NCBI RefSeq assembly: GCF_018350175.1
Contig: NC_058368.1
Span: 82,152,001-82,216,000 of the forward strand
Length of the DNA: 64,000 nucleotides
Direction: 5' to 3'
DNA from: Felis catus
Taxonomy: Eukaryota
In this document: piece after piece, positions 13,108 through 30,259 of the stretch
Position numbering within the stretch: position 1 is the first letter of the stretch
How the letters are laid out: every line of letters starts with the position of its first letter
The notes under the pieces: generated by a model
Told to the model about the DNA's origin: nothing
Seen by the model: only the letters and a program-made list of their open reading frames with translations
Databases searched by the model: none
Position numbers and translations under genes: made by a program

Positions 13108-14779
13108 GAGCACCAAACACCAGCAGTTTGCTCCTCAAAGCCAAGCGTGTTTCCGTCTTGTCAGTGTTTTCCAAAGGCAGTCTGGGGTCTGGGCTGCTGC
13201 CCCTGCCTGTGGGTGCGGGCGGACGTCCCCGAGCCCATCCCTGGGCAGGACCAGAACACCTCTCTCCAGGGCCAGTGTAAACATCGCGGCCAAAATAAAC
13301 TCTCCTGACGGTTCCATTGGCACCTCTGGCGACCGAGAGGTCACCTGGAAATACAAGGACACTGGAGGGTCAGCATGCAGGACAGTCCCCTGGCTGAGAC
13401 CCTCCACCCCACCTGACCTCAAAAGGCCGGCAGCGGCTGGTCCCTTGGGGCTCCCAGGGGTGCCTGCCTGGCCCTCACCGTCGACTTTATCAGCAGGCAC
13501 TGGTCTGCCCTGGGCTGACCTGTGCCCCCTCTGTGTTCGTCAGCGTGTCCTGGGGCAGCAAGGGGACATCCCTAGGGCCCCGTGTACTCTTCTGAGACAT
13601 GGGGTCTCCTGGCGCGGTTGGGAAGACAGTCTGGTCCCCTGGCAGCCACCCCTCCCCACCCCTCCCACACTTCTCGTTGCGGTGCTCAGAGGCTTATACC
13701 CAGAGTGCAGAGCCCCCATGGCAGCCAGGTCTGTGAGCCATGTCCCAGGTCCCCTGTTCCTCTGTGACCTGCACTCACCCTTTCCTGCCCCTTGGAGAGT
13801 GAGCCTGGGGCCTGACCCCTCCTGCTGCCCCTACAGAGGCACTCCCTGTGGGCACTTGGTGGCCACCTCACCCAGCAGGCCACTTCTGCTGCCCGGAGGC
13901 TGCAGTCCGGCTGACTCAGGCCCTGGGGCTGACGCAGGCAGGCAGGCGCCCCTCCCCTCACGCCAGGGCACGGCCACGCTGGGAGCATCTGTGCTCTGTC
14001 CTCACTGAGAGACACTGGGCCCATGTGGCCCAATATTAATGGCAGTGATTGGCCCAGTTGGTGCGGCTGGGTGAGAGAGATCTTTGGGCTATATTGTGGC
14101 TTTTTGCCTATTTTAACGTTCTTGAAAACAAGCTATCAGAATGGGGCAGGATGGACGCAGGGCCAAGAGCCCACAGGTGGGCTCCGGGCCCTGAAGGCAC
14201 CAGCGCCCACAGGCCTGGAGGTCTCCCTGGTGTCTGTGTCCCCATGACCTCCTCGGAAATAAGGGGTATTTCCAGTTCCCTCTGTGGACACCTGTTTCCT
14301 GTGCTGTCTGGTCCAGGTGCCTGTGGGCCCAGGGCTGGGGGCAAGTCTGGCTGAACTGGGGAGGCTGGCGGGCGGCTCACAAGCAGGACCTGGGCCGTCA
14401 GGCAGGCTGGGTTCGAATTCTCCATTCACAAGGGGCTCTGACCGCCCTTGCACAATGGGCCGGGATAGCACCAGGCACTGCCTCTCTGACCTGGGGGACC
14501 CCCCCAGTGGTGGGGCTGAGGCCCGTATGCACCCGTGGGTGGCCCTTTGGCCCCTCCGAGTGGACCCTTCTGATCTCATCTCCCCAGCTGTCAGAGGGGC
14601 TCCAGTGTCTGCCAGACACACTGCCACCTGCCTTCCAGATACGGAAACATGGGGAACAATGATTCAAGATCTAAACACAAAACTTCTTCACCAAAGAGCC
14701 TGGGGACAGGAATTAATTAAATGAGCCTGAAATCTGGAAACTTGTGAGCAGAACAGAGGACCTGCTCCACCACTGGAGC

Positions 14780-15260
14780 TTTGGGTGCCTGTCTCCATGG
14801 CCTCTGTCCCCTTGGGTGCCTGTCCCTGTGGGCACCTGTCCCCACAGGTGCCTGTCTCCATGGGCGTCTGTCCTTATGGATGCCTGTCCCCGCACCCATA
14901 GGTACCTATCCCTGTGGGTGCCTGTCCCATGGCCTCTGTCCCCTTGGGTGCCTGTCCCCGTGGGCACCTGTCCCCACGGGTGCCTGTCTCCATGGGCATC
15001 TGTCCTTATGGACGCCTGTCCTTGCACCCATGGGTGCCTATCCCTGTGGGTGCCTATCCCTGTGGGTGTCTGTCCCCATGGCCTCTGTCCCCTTGGGTGC
15101 CTGTTCCCACAGGTGCCTGTCCCCGTGGATACCTGTCCCTGTCCCCATGGACACCTGTCCCCTCAGGCACCTGTCCATGTGGATGCCTGTCCCCGCCCCC
15201 CATGTGGGTGGGCACCCTGTGGGTGCCTGTCCCCGTCCCCCATGGGTGCCTGTCTCAGTG
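14780..15260. repeat. Minisatellite, about 15-16-bp unit (gggtgcctgtccccat-like) with a higher-order period near 130 bp
   Basis: Visible tandem units. Confidence 0.9.
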
Positions 15261-16235
15261 GGCACGGGGGCTGCCAGAGCGCAAACCCTTCCCTAGTGAT
15301 GGGGGCTGCTGTCTCAAGCCCGTGGCCTCTGACCCCCGGTCTCCAGGTGCCGCTCCAGCCAGGATGCCATCTACACGAGGACCCACACCTGCAGCGGATG
15401 TGCCGAGTCGGGAGCAGTCACTTCAGAAGTGAGAACCACTGAGTCACATGTGTTAGGGCTCATGAGCAGGTAGAATATCGCCAGCAGCTGGGAAGGGCGT
15501 GTGCATGTACAGCGCCGAATGCACCGTGTAGACCCCCGCTTGTACAGCTTCCAGGGGCGCTCGAGGGGCCCGGGGGGCACGACCCTGGCTGGGCACCGGG
15601 GCCTCTTGCTCTGCACCCACCAGCACACGTGGCGACAAGTCTCTAAGGCCGTGTGCGTGTTTCCTTTACAATAAGCACGAAATCACAGATGCATTCACCT
15701 CGTCACTTGTCACGGTTCTGTTTCTGTCAGTGCTTGTGTTTCTCTACAGCAGGACAGTGAGGTGGAGACAGTCCAGTGCTTCCTGTGACTGTTTATGTTT
15801 TATAATCCACCAGTAAGCAGACCCATTTCCTGATTCTCCAGGATGGATTCCTCCCAACGGAGACCAAGGAGCCCTCTTGGGGCCCGGCCGTGGCCCTGGC
15901 CTGGGACAGCACCCACCTACTTCTGCGGGGCCTGGGCTCCTGCGGGAGTGGGCTGGTCCACGCCCCCACCCCCCAGCCGGGGCCGCCCTGTGTCTGGCTC
16001 TTCCCGCTGAAAAGCATCAGCAGCAGCAAAGGTTAGTTGTTATTCAGGAAGGCCTCCTTGTGAGCCGCCCACTGGAGGCCTTCGTGCAGACCTGAGAAGC
16101 GAGGGAGTGAGCCCGGGGGCTCCGGGGCCACCGGCCTGCTCAGAGGCGGCCTTCCGTGGAAAGTGCTGCCGCCGCGGGGCCGGCCCCAGCCTAGCCGCCA
16201 AAGCGCTGTGTTAAACACGAAATACCAACTGTTCT

Positions 16236-16241
16236 TTTATT
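16236..16241 (-). terminator. Candidate polyadenylation signal for short ADPRHL1 isoform (a second AATAAA lies at 16423-16428)
   Basis: AATAAA on the minus strand about 700 nt after the exon 7 stop, followed by T/GT-rich sequence. Confidence 0.5.
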
Positions 16242-16945
16242 CACACCAGATGCTCCTTGGAAAGGACCATGTCCAAGGTTATTTTTAACCAGAGCGTGCT
16301 CTCTTATCCAAGACTCACAGACAGAGACGGCCCCGAGCCCTCAGCAGCGAGTCTGGGGGGCTCCCCTGCCCCCGGGACCTGGCTCAGACCACACAGAAGA
16401 TGCGGGTGTCACACAAGAGCCCTTTATTTCCTGGTTTTCTGTCACTTGTTCCAGAAGGGTTTGGTTTTAAAGATCTAGTGTGATTAAAAACCGTTGGCCA
16501 TGCGGCGAAGTGCCGTGCTCTCTCTCGCTGCTTCACAAGGCCCGGTGCCGGCGGCCCTGCCCTCGAGGCGGTGGCTGGGTCACGCGTCCGAGCACAGCTG
16601 TCGTGGTTAGTTGTGTGGGCGTGAGTGAGCGAGCAGCGTTAGTTTTGCACAGAGTGAAGCACGCTGATTGTCCCGGAGACTGTTTGTGCCACTGTGTGTG
16701 GAGGCTTGTGGGTAGCAGACCCCGCAAGAGGCTTTGGGTCTGGGTTAGGGAAGGACAAACATTCTCGAAGGACAAACAGGGCATTTCATTTGGCAGTTAG
16801 GGCTCTGAAATCAGGAGGAAAGAGTTAAGAGTGTGATTATGGCCGATCAGGCGTGTCGCACGCTCAGGAGGGCCGTGGCCAGCACGTGGACCCCGGGGCG
16901 CCCAGAGCTGGACGCGGCTCCCTGAAGGGACGTGGCGGGAGAGCT

Positions 16946-17179
<234 letters not shown>

Positions 17180-17665
17180 TCACCCCCAGACCCTCTTGCC
17201 AGGGGCCCGTCTCAGGGACCTCTCTGGGCAGCTCCCTCCCTCCTCGCACAGCCGGATGCACGTGAGCGTGTGCCGATGCCCGTGCTGTCCTGGGGCCTGG
17301 GTGCTCAGGGACCTCGTCTGTGGGGTGGTGCTGGCGTCTCTACCGCCTCAGCACCAGGAACTGAGGGGCTCCGATGTCCACGGATACTCCGTGCCCAGCA
17401 CGGGGTGACGTCTGCCTGGGGTCCCCTTATTTTACATCTGCGGGGGACAGTGGGCACCAAGAGGGAGCAATCCTGCCCGGCCCTGGGACAGTCCCGGCCA
17501 CCACCCGATGGCTCGAACCTGGGGCCAGCGATCCAAAGTGCTGCAGAGCTCTCTTTGGCTACAGAGTCCGTGGGACTGTGCACGGCCCGTACCAGCAGGA
17601 CCCAGTGGCCTCGAAGGAGAGGGGGCCCACACCCTGCTCCCCGGATGCCATTTCTCTCAAGCTCA

Positions 17666-17935
<270 letters not shown>

Positions 17936-18822
17936 CTAGAACAAAGAGCCAGGGGTCAGGGCATATGTGGCCACAGGAAAACCAGTGCTGCTTTGCACTG
18001 GAGCCCATGCTCCCGGAGTTCACCTGTGTTGTAGGCACTGCCCCAGGGCTGGGGGTGATGGTGCGCAGGAAAGACCCACTTCTTGAGGCTCCTATGGATG
18101 CAGACACTCCACAGAGAAAACCCGAGCCCATGTTAGGGTAGCCAAAAAGTCTGTGGGAGAGTCAGCACCCAGCAAGGGATGGAGAGCCAGTGCTGAGACT
18201 GTTAGGACACACGCCCCTGGTCTGTGCAGGGCACGGGGCGAGTGGGCGCCAAGGTTGGCTGGCGGTGCAGAATGACACCCTGCAGGTGCGCCACAAGCAG
18301 AAAGCCTGTGAGGTGGACGCTGGAAGGTCACCCCCCTGTGCCTTAGCAGCAGACTCAGCGTTGGTTTGGGGACAGCGGCACCTCCCTGTTAAGGATCACA
18401 CACCTGGGCCTTCCAGCACCAAGGGGAGGCGAGGGAGATATGTGGAGGTACACAGAGGGGCTGTGGGAAGCACCTGAGGAGGAAGGGTGGGCCCCTGCTC
18501 TCCCCCTGCACCTTCCCGACACCTGGAATGCAGACATGCTGGCTGGAGCCAGAACAGCCAGTGTGGATTACAAGCTGTGCACTCAGAATGGCAGAGCGGC
18601 CACACAGACGTGTCCTCAGCTCTCACTGCAAGCAACTTCCAGCTCAGCTCTGGGCTCCGGGGACATAAGCAAATAAGTTTCTATCATGGCTAAGCCACAG
18701 CGACTCGGGGTTTTCTCTTGTGCTACCAAACCCGATGCTGACAACGTCAGTCAGCTCTCCCAACATGAGCAATGACAGTGGTGTGCACGTGTGCACGACC
18801 TTACTCATCGGATACAACTTCA

Positions 18823-19410
<588 letters not shown>

Positions 19411-20160
19411 TTAACAGGGACTATGGTCCTTAGAAGAGCATATTGTCTTGAAACCTCTGACCCTGTATCTTCTCACCGAAGCGACACAGCCTGCAAAGGG
19501 GGGTGGAGGGCGTCTCCTTCTTGCTGCCTGTCGCCTGGCGTGCCAGCCCCAGAGGAAGGACTTGCCCACGTCACGTGGGGTCTGAGCGGCAACTCCTCGG
19601 ACACAGATGTAGGAACGTGCTCTGCCCTCCGAGAACCCGGGAGGCACCAGCGCCTGCTCGGCCCTCCCGCCGTGGCGGCCTCCTTGCCAGCCTGGTCCTG
19701 AGGGGTGCCCGGTGTGCCCGTGGGAAAGCCCCGGTTCAGGAGGTCTGCTCGTGGGCAGGAGCAGAGGACAGAGCTCCAGGGGACCAGCCGGTGGCTGCAG
19801 GCAGGCCCCAGACAGGCCCTGGGACAAGGCTCCCGGTCCTGAGGGAACCACAGGCCCTTGGAAATGCTGGCCCGACTGTGCTTCACAAAACTAAAAGCAG
19901 AGCCTACCTAAGGTTGAGGCAAGATGACAGAAAGTGAGGGAAGCAGTGGGCAGGGACAGGGCTCTGCCAGTGCACCGTGGCCTGTCTCCCAAGCAGGTGG
20001 GCCACCAACATTGGAACGAGACGTCCAAGGGTGAAGACAGGGAACTAATTTGCCAGTTGTCCTTACTGCCGATGGACATTGTCACCACTAAGCAGAAGGC
20101 CCTGCAGGAATAGAACACTGCTTTCTCTGGACGATTTGGGTTTCTGTTAAAAAGGGCATG

Positions 20161-20585
20161 TGCACCTGGGTGGTTCATTCGGTTAAGCGTCCGACTTCAG
20201 CTCAGGTCACGATCTCGCGGTCCGCGAGTTCGAGCTCCGCGTCGGGCTCTGGGCTGATGGCTCAGAGCCTGGAGCCTGCTTTCGATTCTGTGTCTCCCTC
20301 TCTCTCTGTCCCTCCCCCGTTCATGCTCTGTCTCTCTGTGTCTCAAAAATAAATAAACGTTAAAAAAAATTTAAAAAAAAAGGGCATGTGTCTGGGGAAG
20401 CTGGGTGGCTCAGTCGGTTGAGCATCTGACTCTTGATTTCAGCTCAGGTCATGATCTCGGGGTTTGTGAGTTCGAGCCCCGTGTCAGGCTCTGCACTGAC
20501 AGTGTGGATCCTGCTTGGGATTCTCTTTCTGTCTCTCTTTGCCCCTCCCCTGCTCTGCCTCTTTCAAAATAAATAAACTTTAAAA
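20161..20585 (+). mobile_element. Two tandem Can-SINEs
   Basis: tRNA-derived head, CT-rich tract and AATAAA/poly-A tail; ggcatgtg repeated before, between and after. Confidence 0.9.
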
Positions 20586-21760
20586 GAATCGGCATGTGTC
20601 ATAGGTCATGAAACTCCAGGTTAAACACATTTAAAGTTAAACAGAAAAAATAAAGTCTCCAATTTTCTGACCAATGCCTGTCCTCCCCGTCCTGTCCGAG
20701 GAGCGTCCCTGACTCCGCGTAAGCACAATCACTGCATGGCCCACAGCAGCCGCGCGTCCCCATCTCTCCCGCGGGAGGAGGTGACCCTCACAACCCAGTG
20801 ACCGCAGGCAGCCCCAACCCCTCCAGAGCCCTGAGGCAGGAGTGACTTAAACCAGTCGAAAATACGGCCAGTGTGGCGCTATGTTCTATAATTAAGTTTA
20901 TAATTAAGTTAAGAACATAAGTCTATGTTCTATAATTAAGTCTCCGCTTCTCATGGGAGCCGGGCCCTGTGGATAAGAGTTTCCCAGCGCTATCTCCTTC
21001 TAAAGTTGTTCTAGAAGCTTCTTGAGAGGCACTTAGAATGAGTCCCTGCTTGTCAGATGGTGACAGGAAAGTGATTCACTGATTGGTTCCCCGTCTCAAG
21101 ACCACAGCCTCGGGCTGCCCAGAAAGCCCACGGCCCCATTACCTCACTCACACTCGTCTCCCTCTGCCTGTGACAAACGGGTTTACTCCAGACATGCCCC
21201 TGGGCTGTCCCTCCTAGGGGTGAAAGAACCTTCTGGAGCGTAGCTGCCTGAGGAGGAAGCCACGGGTCTCCCAGTCCCCCACCTGCCTCTCGCATTTGTC
21301 TGCTCCGGGCCGTGTGGGGGAGGAGCCTGCTGAGAAACCACTGCTCACCTGGCCGCCAGCAACATCAAGGTCCCCTAGGACCTCTGCCGGACCAGCTGAT
21401 GGACACCTCACCGGTGGCCAAAGAGGGTGGGAGCCGCTTGATGGGTTTGGGATAACCAGGAACAGACAGACGTTCCTGGATGCAGATGTCCCCAGGGGGC
21501 ACAGACCCCTGTGTGGCCTTCATGGCAGCTGGCCACAGTGGGGAGCAGTGCAGACCCCGTGTGTCTGGGGAATGGACGACCAAGGACCACCCGGAACAGC
21601 GACCCGGCTGCCGTCAGAGAGCAGGAGGGTGGGGTCCCTGCAGAGGCCAGGGCGGGGGAGCAGCACTGGCATTGCGCCGGGTCTCCTGGCCAGGAGGCCC
21701 TCTGCCGGGGACGCCTTGGGCCTGCTTTGTGGGTCAGCCTGCTCACATGGGGATGCTCTA

Positions 21761-22123
<363 letters not shown>

Positions 22124-22164
22124 TCACACCCCCCTAGCAAGGCTTGTTGTGGGGACAGACGGCT

Positions 22165-22302
22165 CTTTTTTTTTCTTTTTTTAAGCAGGCTTCATGCCCA
22201 GTGCAGAGCCCAGCACGGGGCTTGAACTCATGACCCTGGGATCATGACCTGAGCTGACATCAAGAGGCGGACATGCAGCCAACTGAGCCCCCAGGTGCCC
22301 CG
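22165..22302 (-). mobile_element. Short Can-SINE
   Basis: Poly-T followed by ...atcatgacctgagctga...caggtgcccc. Confidence 0.75.
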
Positions 22303-22973
22303 GGGACAGATGGTTCTAAGCACAGGGGAGCGACCACCAGGCCAGCCTGAGGCACACAACCACACAAAGACCACGTCCACCCAGGAAGAGGCACGGCCAT
22401 CTCGAGAGATGCTCTCAGTGGCTTCTGGCCACTGTAAGGCATCAATACAGGTGGAGTGAGTGTCCAGTTCTCAAACCCAGTGTCAAACGAGGGTGTCCCC
22501 GGGGGGGGGTGGCACGGCATGGCCCTTGCAACCTCAGGGCCACGCCAGTAACAGTGGACACTGAAAGTGGCCTTGAAAGAGGGGAGCAGCTGTGAGAGAG
22601 CAGCTGGCAGCCTCTGGACTTGGGCTGGGGAGGGCGTGCGCCTGCCTTCCACCTACGGGAGTAAGACGTTCAAGCGATTCTTCTTATTTAAAATTAGAAA
22701 CTGACTGCCCTTCTAAGTCATGACTCTGAGTCAGGTGCTGGGGCCCCCGCCTGCCCTCCCTGTGTGAGGGACATACGGACACTCTCTCCTCACGCACGGC
22801 CATCCTCTTACGGGGGGGGGGGGGGAAGAGGCATGATGATTAGGTGTTCCAGCTCACACAGTCTGGCTCAGGCCCCCGCCGGGCACGGCACTGGGTGGCA
22901 AGCAGTGCCCAACACGTGTGATAGAAATTCGGGTTCCCATGGCTTTGCTCGGAGAGCTGGTGCTTTGCCTTTA

Positions 22974-23333
<360 letters not shown>

Positions 23334-24911
23334 TCACAAATGTCCTGAAAATGTACACAATGTCGTGCAGTCCCACGTTTATCGCAGCATCATTTAAGTG
23401 AATGAAAAACGAGCAGGCGACCCAGATGCCTGACAAAGGAAAACAGATCAAACAAACTGCAAAGCACCCGCACTGGAAAGTTAGTTAGGCACTAACACAG
23501 ATTTCTCGATGGCCGTGCGCTGCTGCTGGGAAAGCAGACGAGGTGTGTGTAATCGCACGTGCTCTCTTTTTAGAAACCGTTTCGTGGAGTTATAAGGACA
23601 CGTGATCAACTGCACACATTCCAGGCGTGCAAGGCGATGAGCGTGAACACATGGTGCATGCACGAAGCCCTGAGCGGAGATGGTGAGCGTATCCAGCAGT
23701 CACTCTGAATGTCTTCTTGTGCCTCCTGGCCTCCCAGCGGCCACTGGCCTGACTCTGCAGGCCAGTTTGCATTTCCCAGAGTTTTATGTAAGTGGAATCA
23801 TGCGGAATAGACTCGTTTTTACCTGGCTGCCTTCACTCAGGGTAACCCTCTTGACACTCCTCCGTGTTGGTGCAGCAAGACTGCTGTGTGGAGGGGCCAC
23901 CGCCAGTCTGGCCACTGACCCGCTGCTGCACACCTGGGTTGTTTCCGGCCGGAGGCTATCACAGACAACGCCATGGACACTCATGACCGAGTCCTTGTTT
24001 GGACATATGCTTTCTTGGGCAGACACCTCAGAGTGGATCACTTCGCTCACGTTTAAGGAGCTGCCGAACTGGCTTTCAAAGTGGTCATCACATTCTACAT
24101 CCCACTGGTGGCCCCTCTGTGTCCCGGGTGGCACTTCACGGTCCGCCTTTCAAATTCAGCCCATGCAGCGCTGTGTCTCGTTGGGGCTTCATTTTCCCAG
24201 TGACGGATGGTGTTGAGCAGGTGGCCACAGGCATCTTCCTTGGGGGATTGTTTGTTTAAATAGTTCTCTCGTGTTTGTACTGGTTGTTAGCTTTCTTTTA
24301 AGAGTTCTTTACACATTCGGGGTACTTATCAGATGTGTACTTTGCAAATATTTTCTCCCACTCTGTAATTCACCGTTTTATTCTTCTTAGCGGCCTCCTG
24401 GAGAGCAGAGCGGGTTTGGGGAGTGTGTGTTCGCTTGGCTCCCTGGAGAGCTGTGTACACTCGGTATGTCTCTTCTTCAAAGGTGTGGTAGGGTCCCCAG
24501 GGAGGCCATCTGAACCTGGGCTTTCCTTTGTGTCTTGCTGTTTAGATGCTCTCTTTCCTCTGGAGCGACCTTTGGTAGTTTCCGTCCTGCAAGGAATTTG
24601 TCCATTTTATCTAAGTTGTGGTATCTATTAGAACAAAATTTTTAATATATTCCCTTATTTTCTGTAGAATCTGCGGGAGGTTGCCTGTCCGCTGCTGGTG
24701 CTGGTACTTTCCGCTCCTTTGTCCTGATCAGTCTGGCTTCAGCTTCATCAATTTCTTTATCTTCTCAAAGAATCAGCTCTTGGTTTTGTTAATTTTCTCT
24801 ACTGTTTTCCTGTTTCCTGTGGGATTGACTTCCACTCTGACCTTCATTACTTCCTGTCTTTTGTTTCCCTTGGGTTTAATTTGCTCTTTGTTTTCTAGTT
24901 TCCTTAAAAAA

Positions 24912-25402
24912 CATTTTTTTAATGTTTACTTATATTTGAGAAAGAGACACAGAGTGTGAGCAGGAGAGAGGCAGAGAGAGGGAGACACAGAGTGTGAGCA
25001 GGGGAGAGGCAGAGAGAGAGGGAGACACAAAATCCGAAGCAGGCTACAGGCTCTGAGCTGTCAGCACAGAGCCTGACGTGGGGCTCGAACTCACGGGGTG
25101 TGAGATCATGACCTGAGCTGAAGTCGGACGCTTAACCGACTGAGCCACCCAGGCGCCCCCGGTTTTCTAGTTTTTTTTTTTAATTTATTTTTTTTAAATG
25201 TTTTTATTTATTTTTGAGACAGAGAGAGACAGAGCATGAGCAGGGGAGGGGCAGAGAGAGAGGGAGACACAGAATCCGAAGCTGGCTCCAGGCTTTGAGC
25301 TGTTAGCACAGAGCCCGACACGGGGCTCGAACTCACGGAGTATGAGATCATGACCTGAGCTGAAGTTGGACGCTTAACCGACTGAGTCACCCAGGTGCCC
25401 CC
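24912..25402 (-). mobile_element. Two tandem Can-SINEs
   Basis: Two antisense SINEC bodies ending in caggcgcccc and caggtgcccc; gttttctagttt occurs three times. Confidence 0.9.
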
Positions 25403-25747
25403 AGTTTTCTAGTTTTTTAATGTGAATATTGAGACCTTAATATGGAAATCTCTGCCCACAACTCTGGGTTTGTCAATTTCTCTTGCTGTTCTACTGGTTT
25501 TAGCTTCACATATTGTGAAGGCTTGTTGTCAGTACAGGAATGTTTGGGTTTGGTACGTCTTCCTGATGAATGGATGCATGTGTCATGATGAAATTGCCTT
25601 CTTTTCCCCTGGCAACATTCTTTGCTCCAAAACATACTTTTTGTGATGTTAATGGAGCCACGCTGGCTTTCTTCTGACTGGGGTTGGCATGGTGCACCTC
25701 TTCTCTCCCTAACCTACCTGTGCCTTCATATGTAAAGTGCACGTCCT

Positions 25748-25771
25748 GTGCTCGCTTCGGCAGCACATATA
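25748..25771 (+). pseudogene. 3'-truncated (tailless) U6 snRNA retrocopy
   Basis: GTGCTCGCTTCGGCAGCACATATA equals U6 nt 1-24; direct repeat gtaaagtgcacgtcctgtg at 25732-25750 and 25772-25790. Confidence 0.9.
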
Positions 25772-27786
25772 GTAAAGTGCACGTCCTGTGAACAACCTAG
25801 AGTTGGGACTCGTTTCTTTATCCCATTGGAGTCCCTGCCATCTATTTGGAGTCTTTAGACCATTACATTTGATGTGATCAGGATCAAGTCTTTTGTCCTG
25901 TTATTTGTCCCCTTTTCTGCCCATTTTGGGTTCAATGTTATCCAACAGTGAGGGCAGCTGCCCATCCCATGTGAAGATTTCCACCGTGTGGAAGTTGGAA
26001 GGTGGAGGATGGCGCCCACCACCACGAGAAGGAGCCCTCAGACCCTCAGACCTCAGCAGCTGCAACTTCTCCCGTCTGGAATTGCCCAGGGGTGGGGGGC
26101 ACATAACACAGGGACGCAACACGGGGTAGCACTTCCTTCCAGGAAACAAAGCCTCGCAGGGAGACCTGCGTTGGTAGCTTGCTCTGGTCTCCCATGGCAG
26201 TGGCCCCTCCTGCAGCCGAGGTGGGGCAGGGATGCTGCACACATCCCCTCGTGCTGCAGGGGAGACGAGAGCCTGCAGCTCTCCTTGTGGGGTGGCTCCC
26301 CCTGCGGGGTTGGTTAGGGTCGTGTGGTGCTCATGCTTAAGCACTACAGGGAAGGTCACTGCATGCCTAGAAGACAGGGACGGTTTCTCCTGATGAGGGG
26401 GAAGAATCCAAGGCCAAGGGACAGCCTCGCACCCGGTCTCCCCCCGACGGGATGACGCAGCCTGGGGCACTGCTTCCCCAGCAAATATTTCTAAATGATT
26501 CTACTTCTCTTTTCTTCGCTTGTTAGTTATAACTGTTTTGTTGTATTAGTGGTTGCTCTGGGGTTTTGAGTGTCTGCCTGGGACTTACACTTACCACAGC
26601 CCACCTCACACCACCACCCTTCCCAACCGGCCTCCATAAGGTAGTGTCAGACACCTGCTCATAGCATTTTATAAACCCGCAGTACCTCATCATTTTCAAG
26701 TCAATTATCTTTCAAAGAGATTTCAATAGGAAGTTAAAAATTCTTCTGTATTTACCCACATAGTTAGGATTTCCATCCAAGTTCTTTTCACAGACCCGGA
26801 TTTCTGTTCCATGTTGGTTTCTTGCTGCCTGAGGGACTGACTTCCGTTAGCCCTTCTCCATGTGGCTCTCCGGGTGACAAATCCTTTAGCTTCTGTTTGC
26901 CTGGAAAGGCTATTTGGCCACTGTTTCTCGAAGAAACTTTTTTGGAGGCAGCACTCCAGGGCGAAGTAGTTTTTCTTCTGTGCCTCAGTGACACTGCCCA
27001 CGAGCTCTCCGTGCGTCACTTCTGACAAGAGCACCCTCCTCACTTTGGCAGTCAGCAACAGAACACACGTCTCTCTCCTGATTGTTAGTTTTGAGCAATC
27101 TGACTGCCAGCTGCCATACTGTAGTTTTCTCCGCGTTTCTTGTGCTTGCAAGTTCCTGACTTTCTTGGATCTGTGGGTTTACAGTTTCATCACATTTGGA
27201 GAGATGTGGGCCACTATTTCTTCAAATCTTTTTTTGTTCCCCTGCATGCTGTCAGGGAGCCTGTTACGGGCATGTTAGGATGCAGTAGGCGTCCATGGCT
27301 CTTTTCATGATTTTGGATTCTTTTTTTCTACATGTGTCCCATTCTGGATTGTTCCTATTGTCGTGCCTTCAAACCCATTAAATTTTTCTTCTGAAATGTG
27401 CAATGTGCTGTTAATCTCAGCCAACGCATTGAGAAACTCAGGGATCTATCCTCGGTATAAACTCAGGTTGGGGGGTGTCCATCCTCCTTATAAACCCGGG
27501 GGGGGTGTCAATCCTCAGTATAAACCCAGACAGGGGGTCCAGGACCCCAGGAGCAGGTGCCCTGGAGGCAGAGACTCTGGCTACGTAAATACATCAGCAC
27601 ATCAAAGCATCCTGGAGATAGACATTTATGCTAGTTGTGTAAGTTTTCCTGATTATTTGGCAAAAAATAGCCACTTAGAGGGAAAGCAGTCGAAAATATT
27701 CCTTAAAACGAACCCCAGATTGGTGTCACACCATCAGGGAGGCCGGCGTCCTCTACGTGGAAGCCCTGGCAAGTCCCTCTGTGTCA

Positions 27787-29566
<1,780 letters not shown>

Positions 29567-30259
29567 TGGCTCCTAGACCAGTGCAGCGTGCATACAATTC
29601 ACTCTAGATTTTATTCAGAAGTCAGACATTAATTAGAGTTGGTGTATGTGCCTCATACTCTGGTTGCACAGGACAATCTAGAAAAACCCACAACCCTCAT
29701 TCCCTGCTAAAGGTTCTGTCCATGTGACGACAAGCTGGCCTGAAATCTGCCTGGTCCTCGGGCTGCTGGAGACCCACGCCTCCACGCGGCTGAACCCCTC
29801 CCATTTCCACCCCCTCTCTCGCTCCTGGAAACCCCTTGCGCTGCCCCACCAGGCACTGACTAGTCCAAACCAGACTGTGTGTGACAGCGTTTGGGGACAA
29901 GCATGTCTCAAGCCCCTTGAGGATCACAGGCATGGAGGGCAGAGGAGCTGACGCACTGGCCACCTGCAGTCTGGGGTGTCGCCCCCCGATACCGTCAGGC
30001 TCTTATCTGAAACGGTGGGTTTTACAGGGAAGGCTCCTGGGGTTAGGTTACGCAACTTGCCCAAGGCCGGAGATGGTAAACAGAGTCCGATGGCAGGCCT
30101 GAGCATTTCTATCATTAAAGTAATGCACAGCAAGAGCTAGAGGACACCTAACTCCAAATTTGGGGTCCAATCTGCCTCGTTCCATCAGAGAGCAGGGCTG
30201 GTGGCGACAGGGTCACTGTGCCAGGCCAGCTGGGCAGATACTGGGCGTTTCCAGTGTGC

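Larger units (their letters stand above)
23760..27420 (-). mobile_element. Old fragmented LINE-1 (L1M-like) sequence, interrupted by SINEs and the U6 copy
   Basis: T-rich plus strand with phrases typical of antisense L1 (tttgcaaatattttctccca, ttctcaaagaatcagctcttggttttgtt); boundaries approximate. Confidence 0.6.

Noticed and set aside
9499..14008. ORFs over 300 aa in ADPRHL1 intron 7 (9499-10482, 13049-14008)
   Set aside because: Expected by chance at this GC content; no recognisable domains or consistent splice structure
14744..15442. Cys/Pro-rich ORFs resembling keratin-associated proteins
   Set aside because: All three frames are open over a minisatellite in intron 7; no supporting gene context
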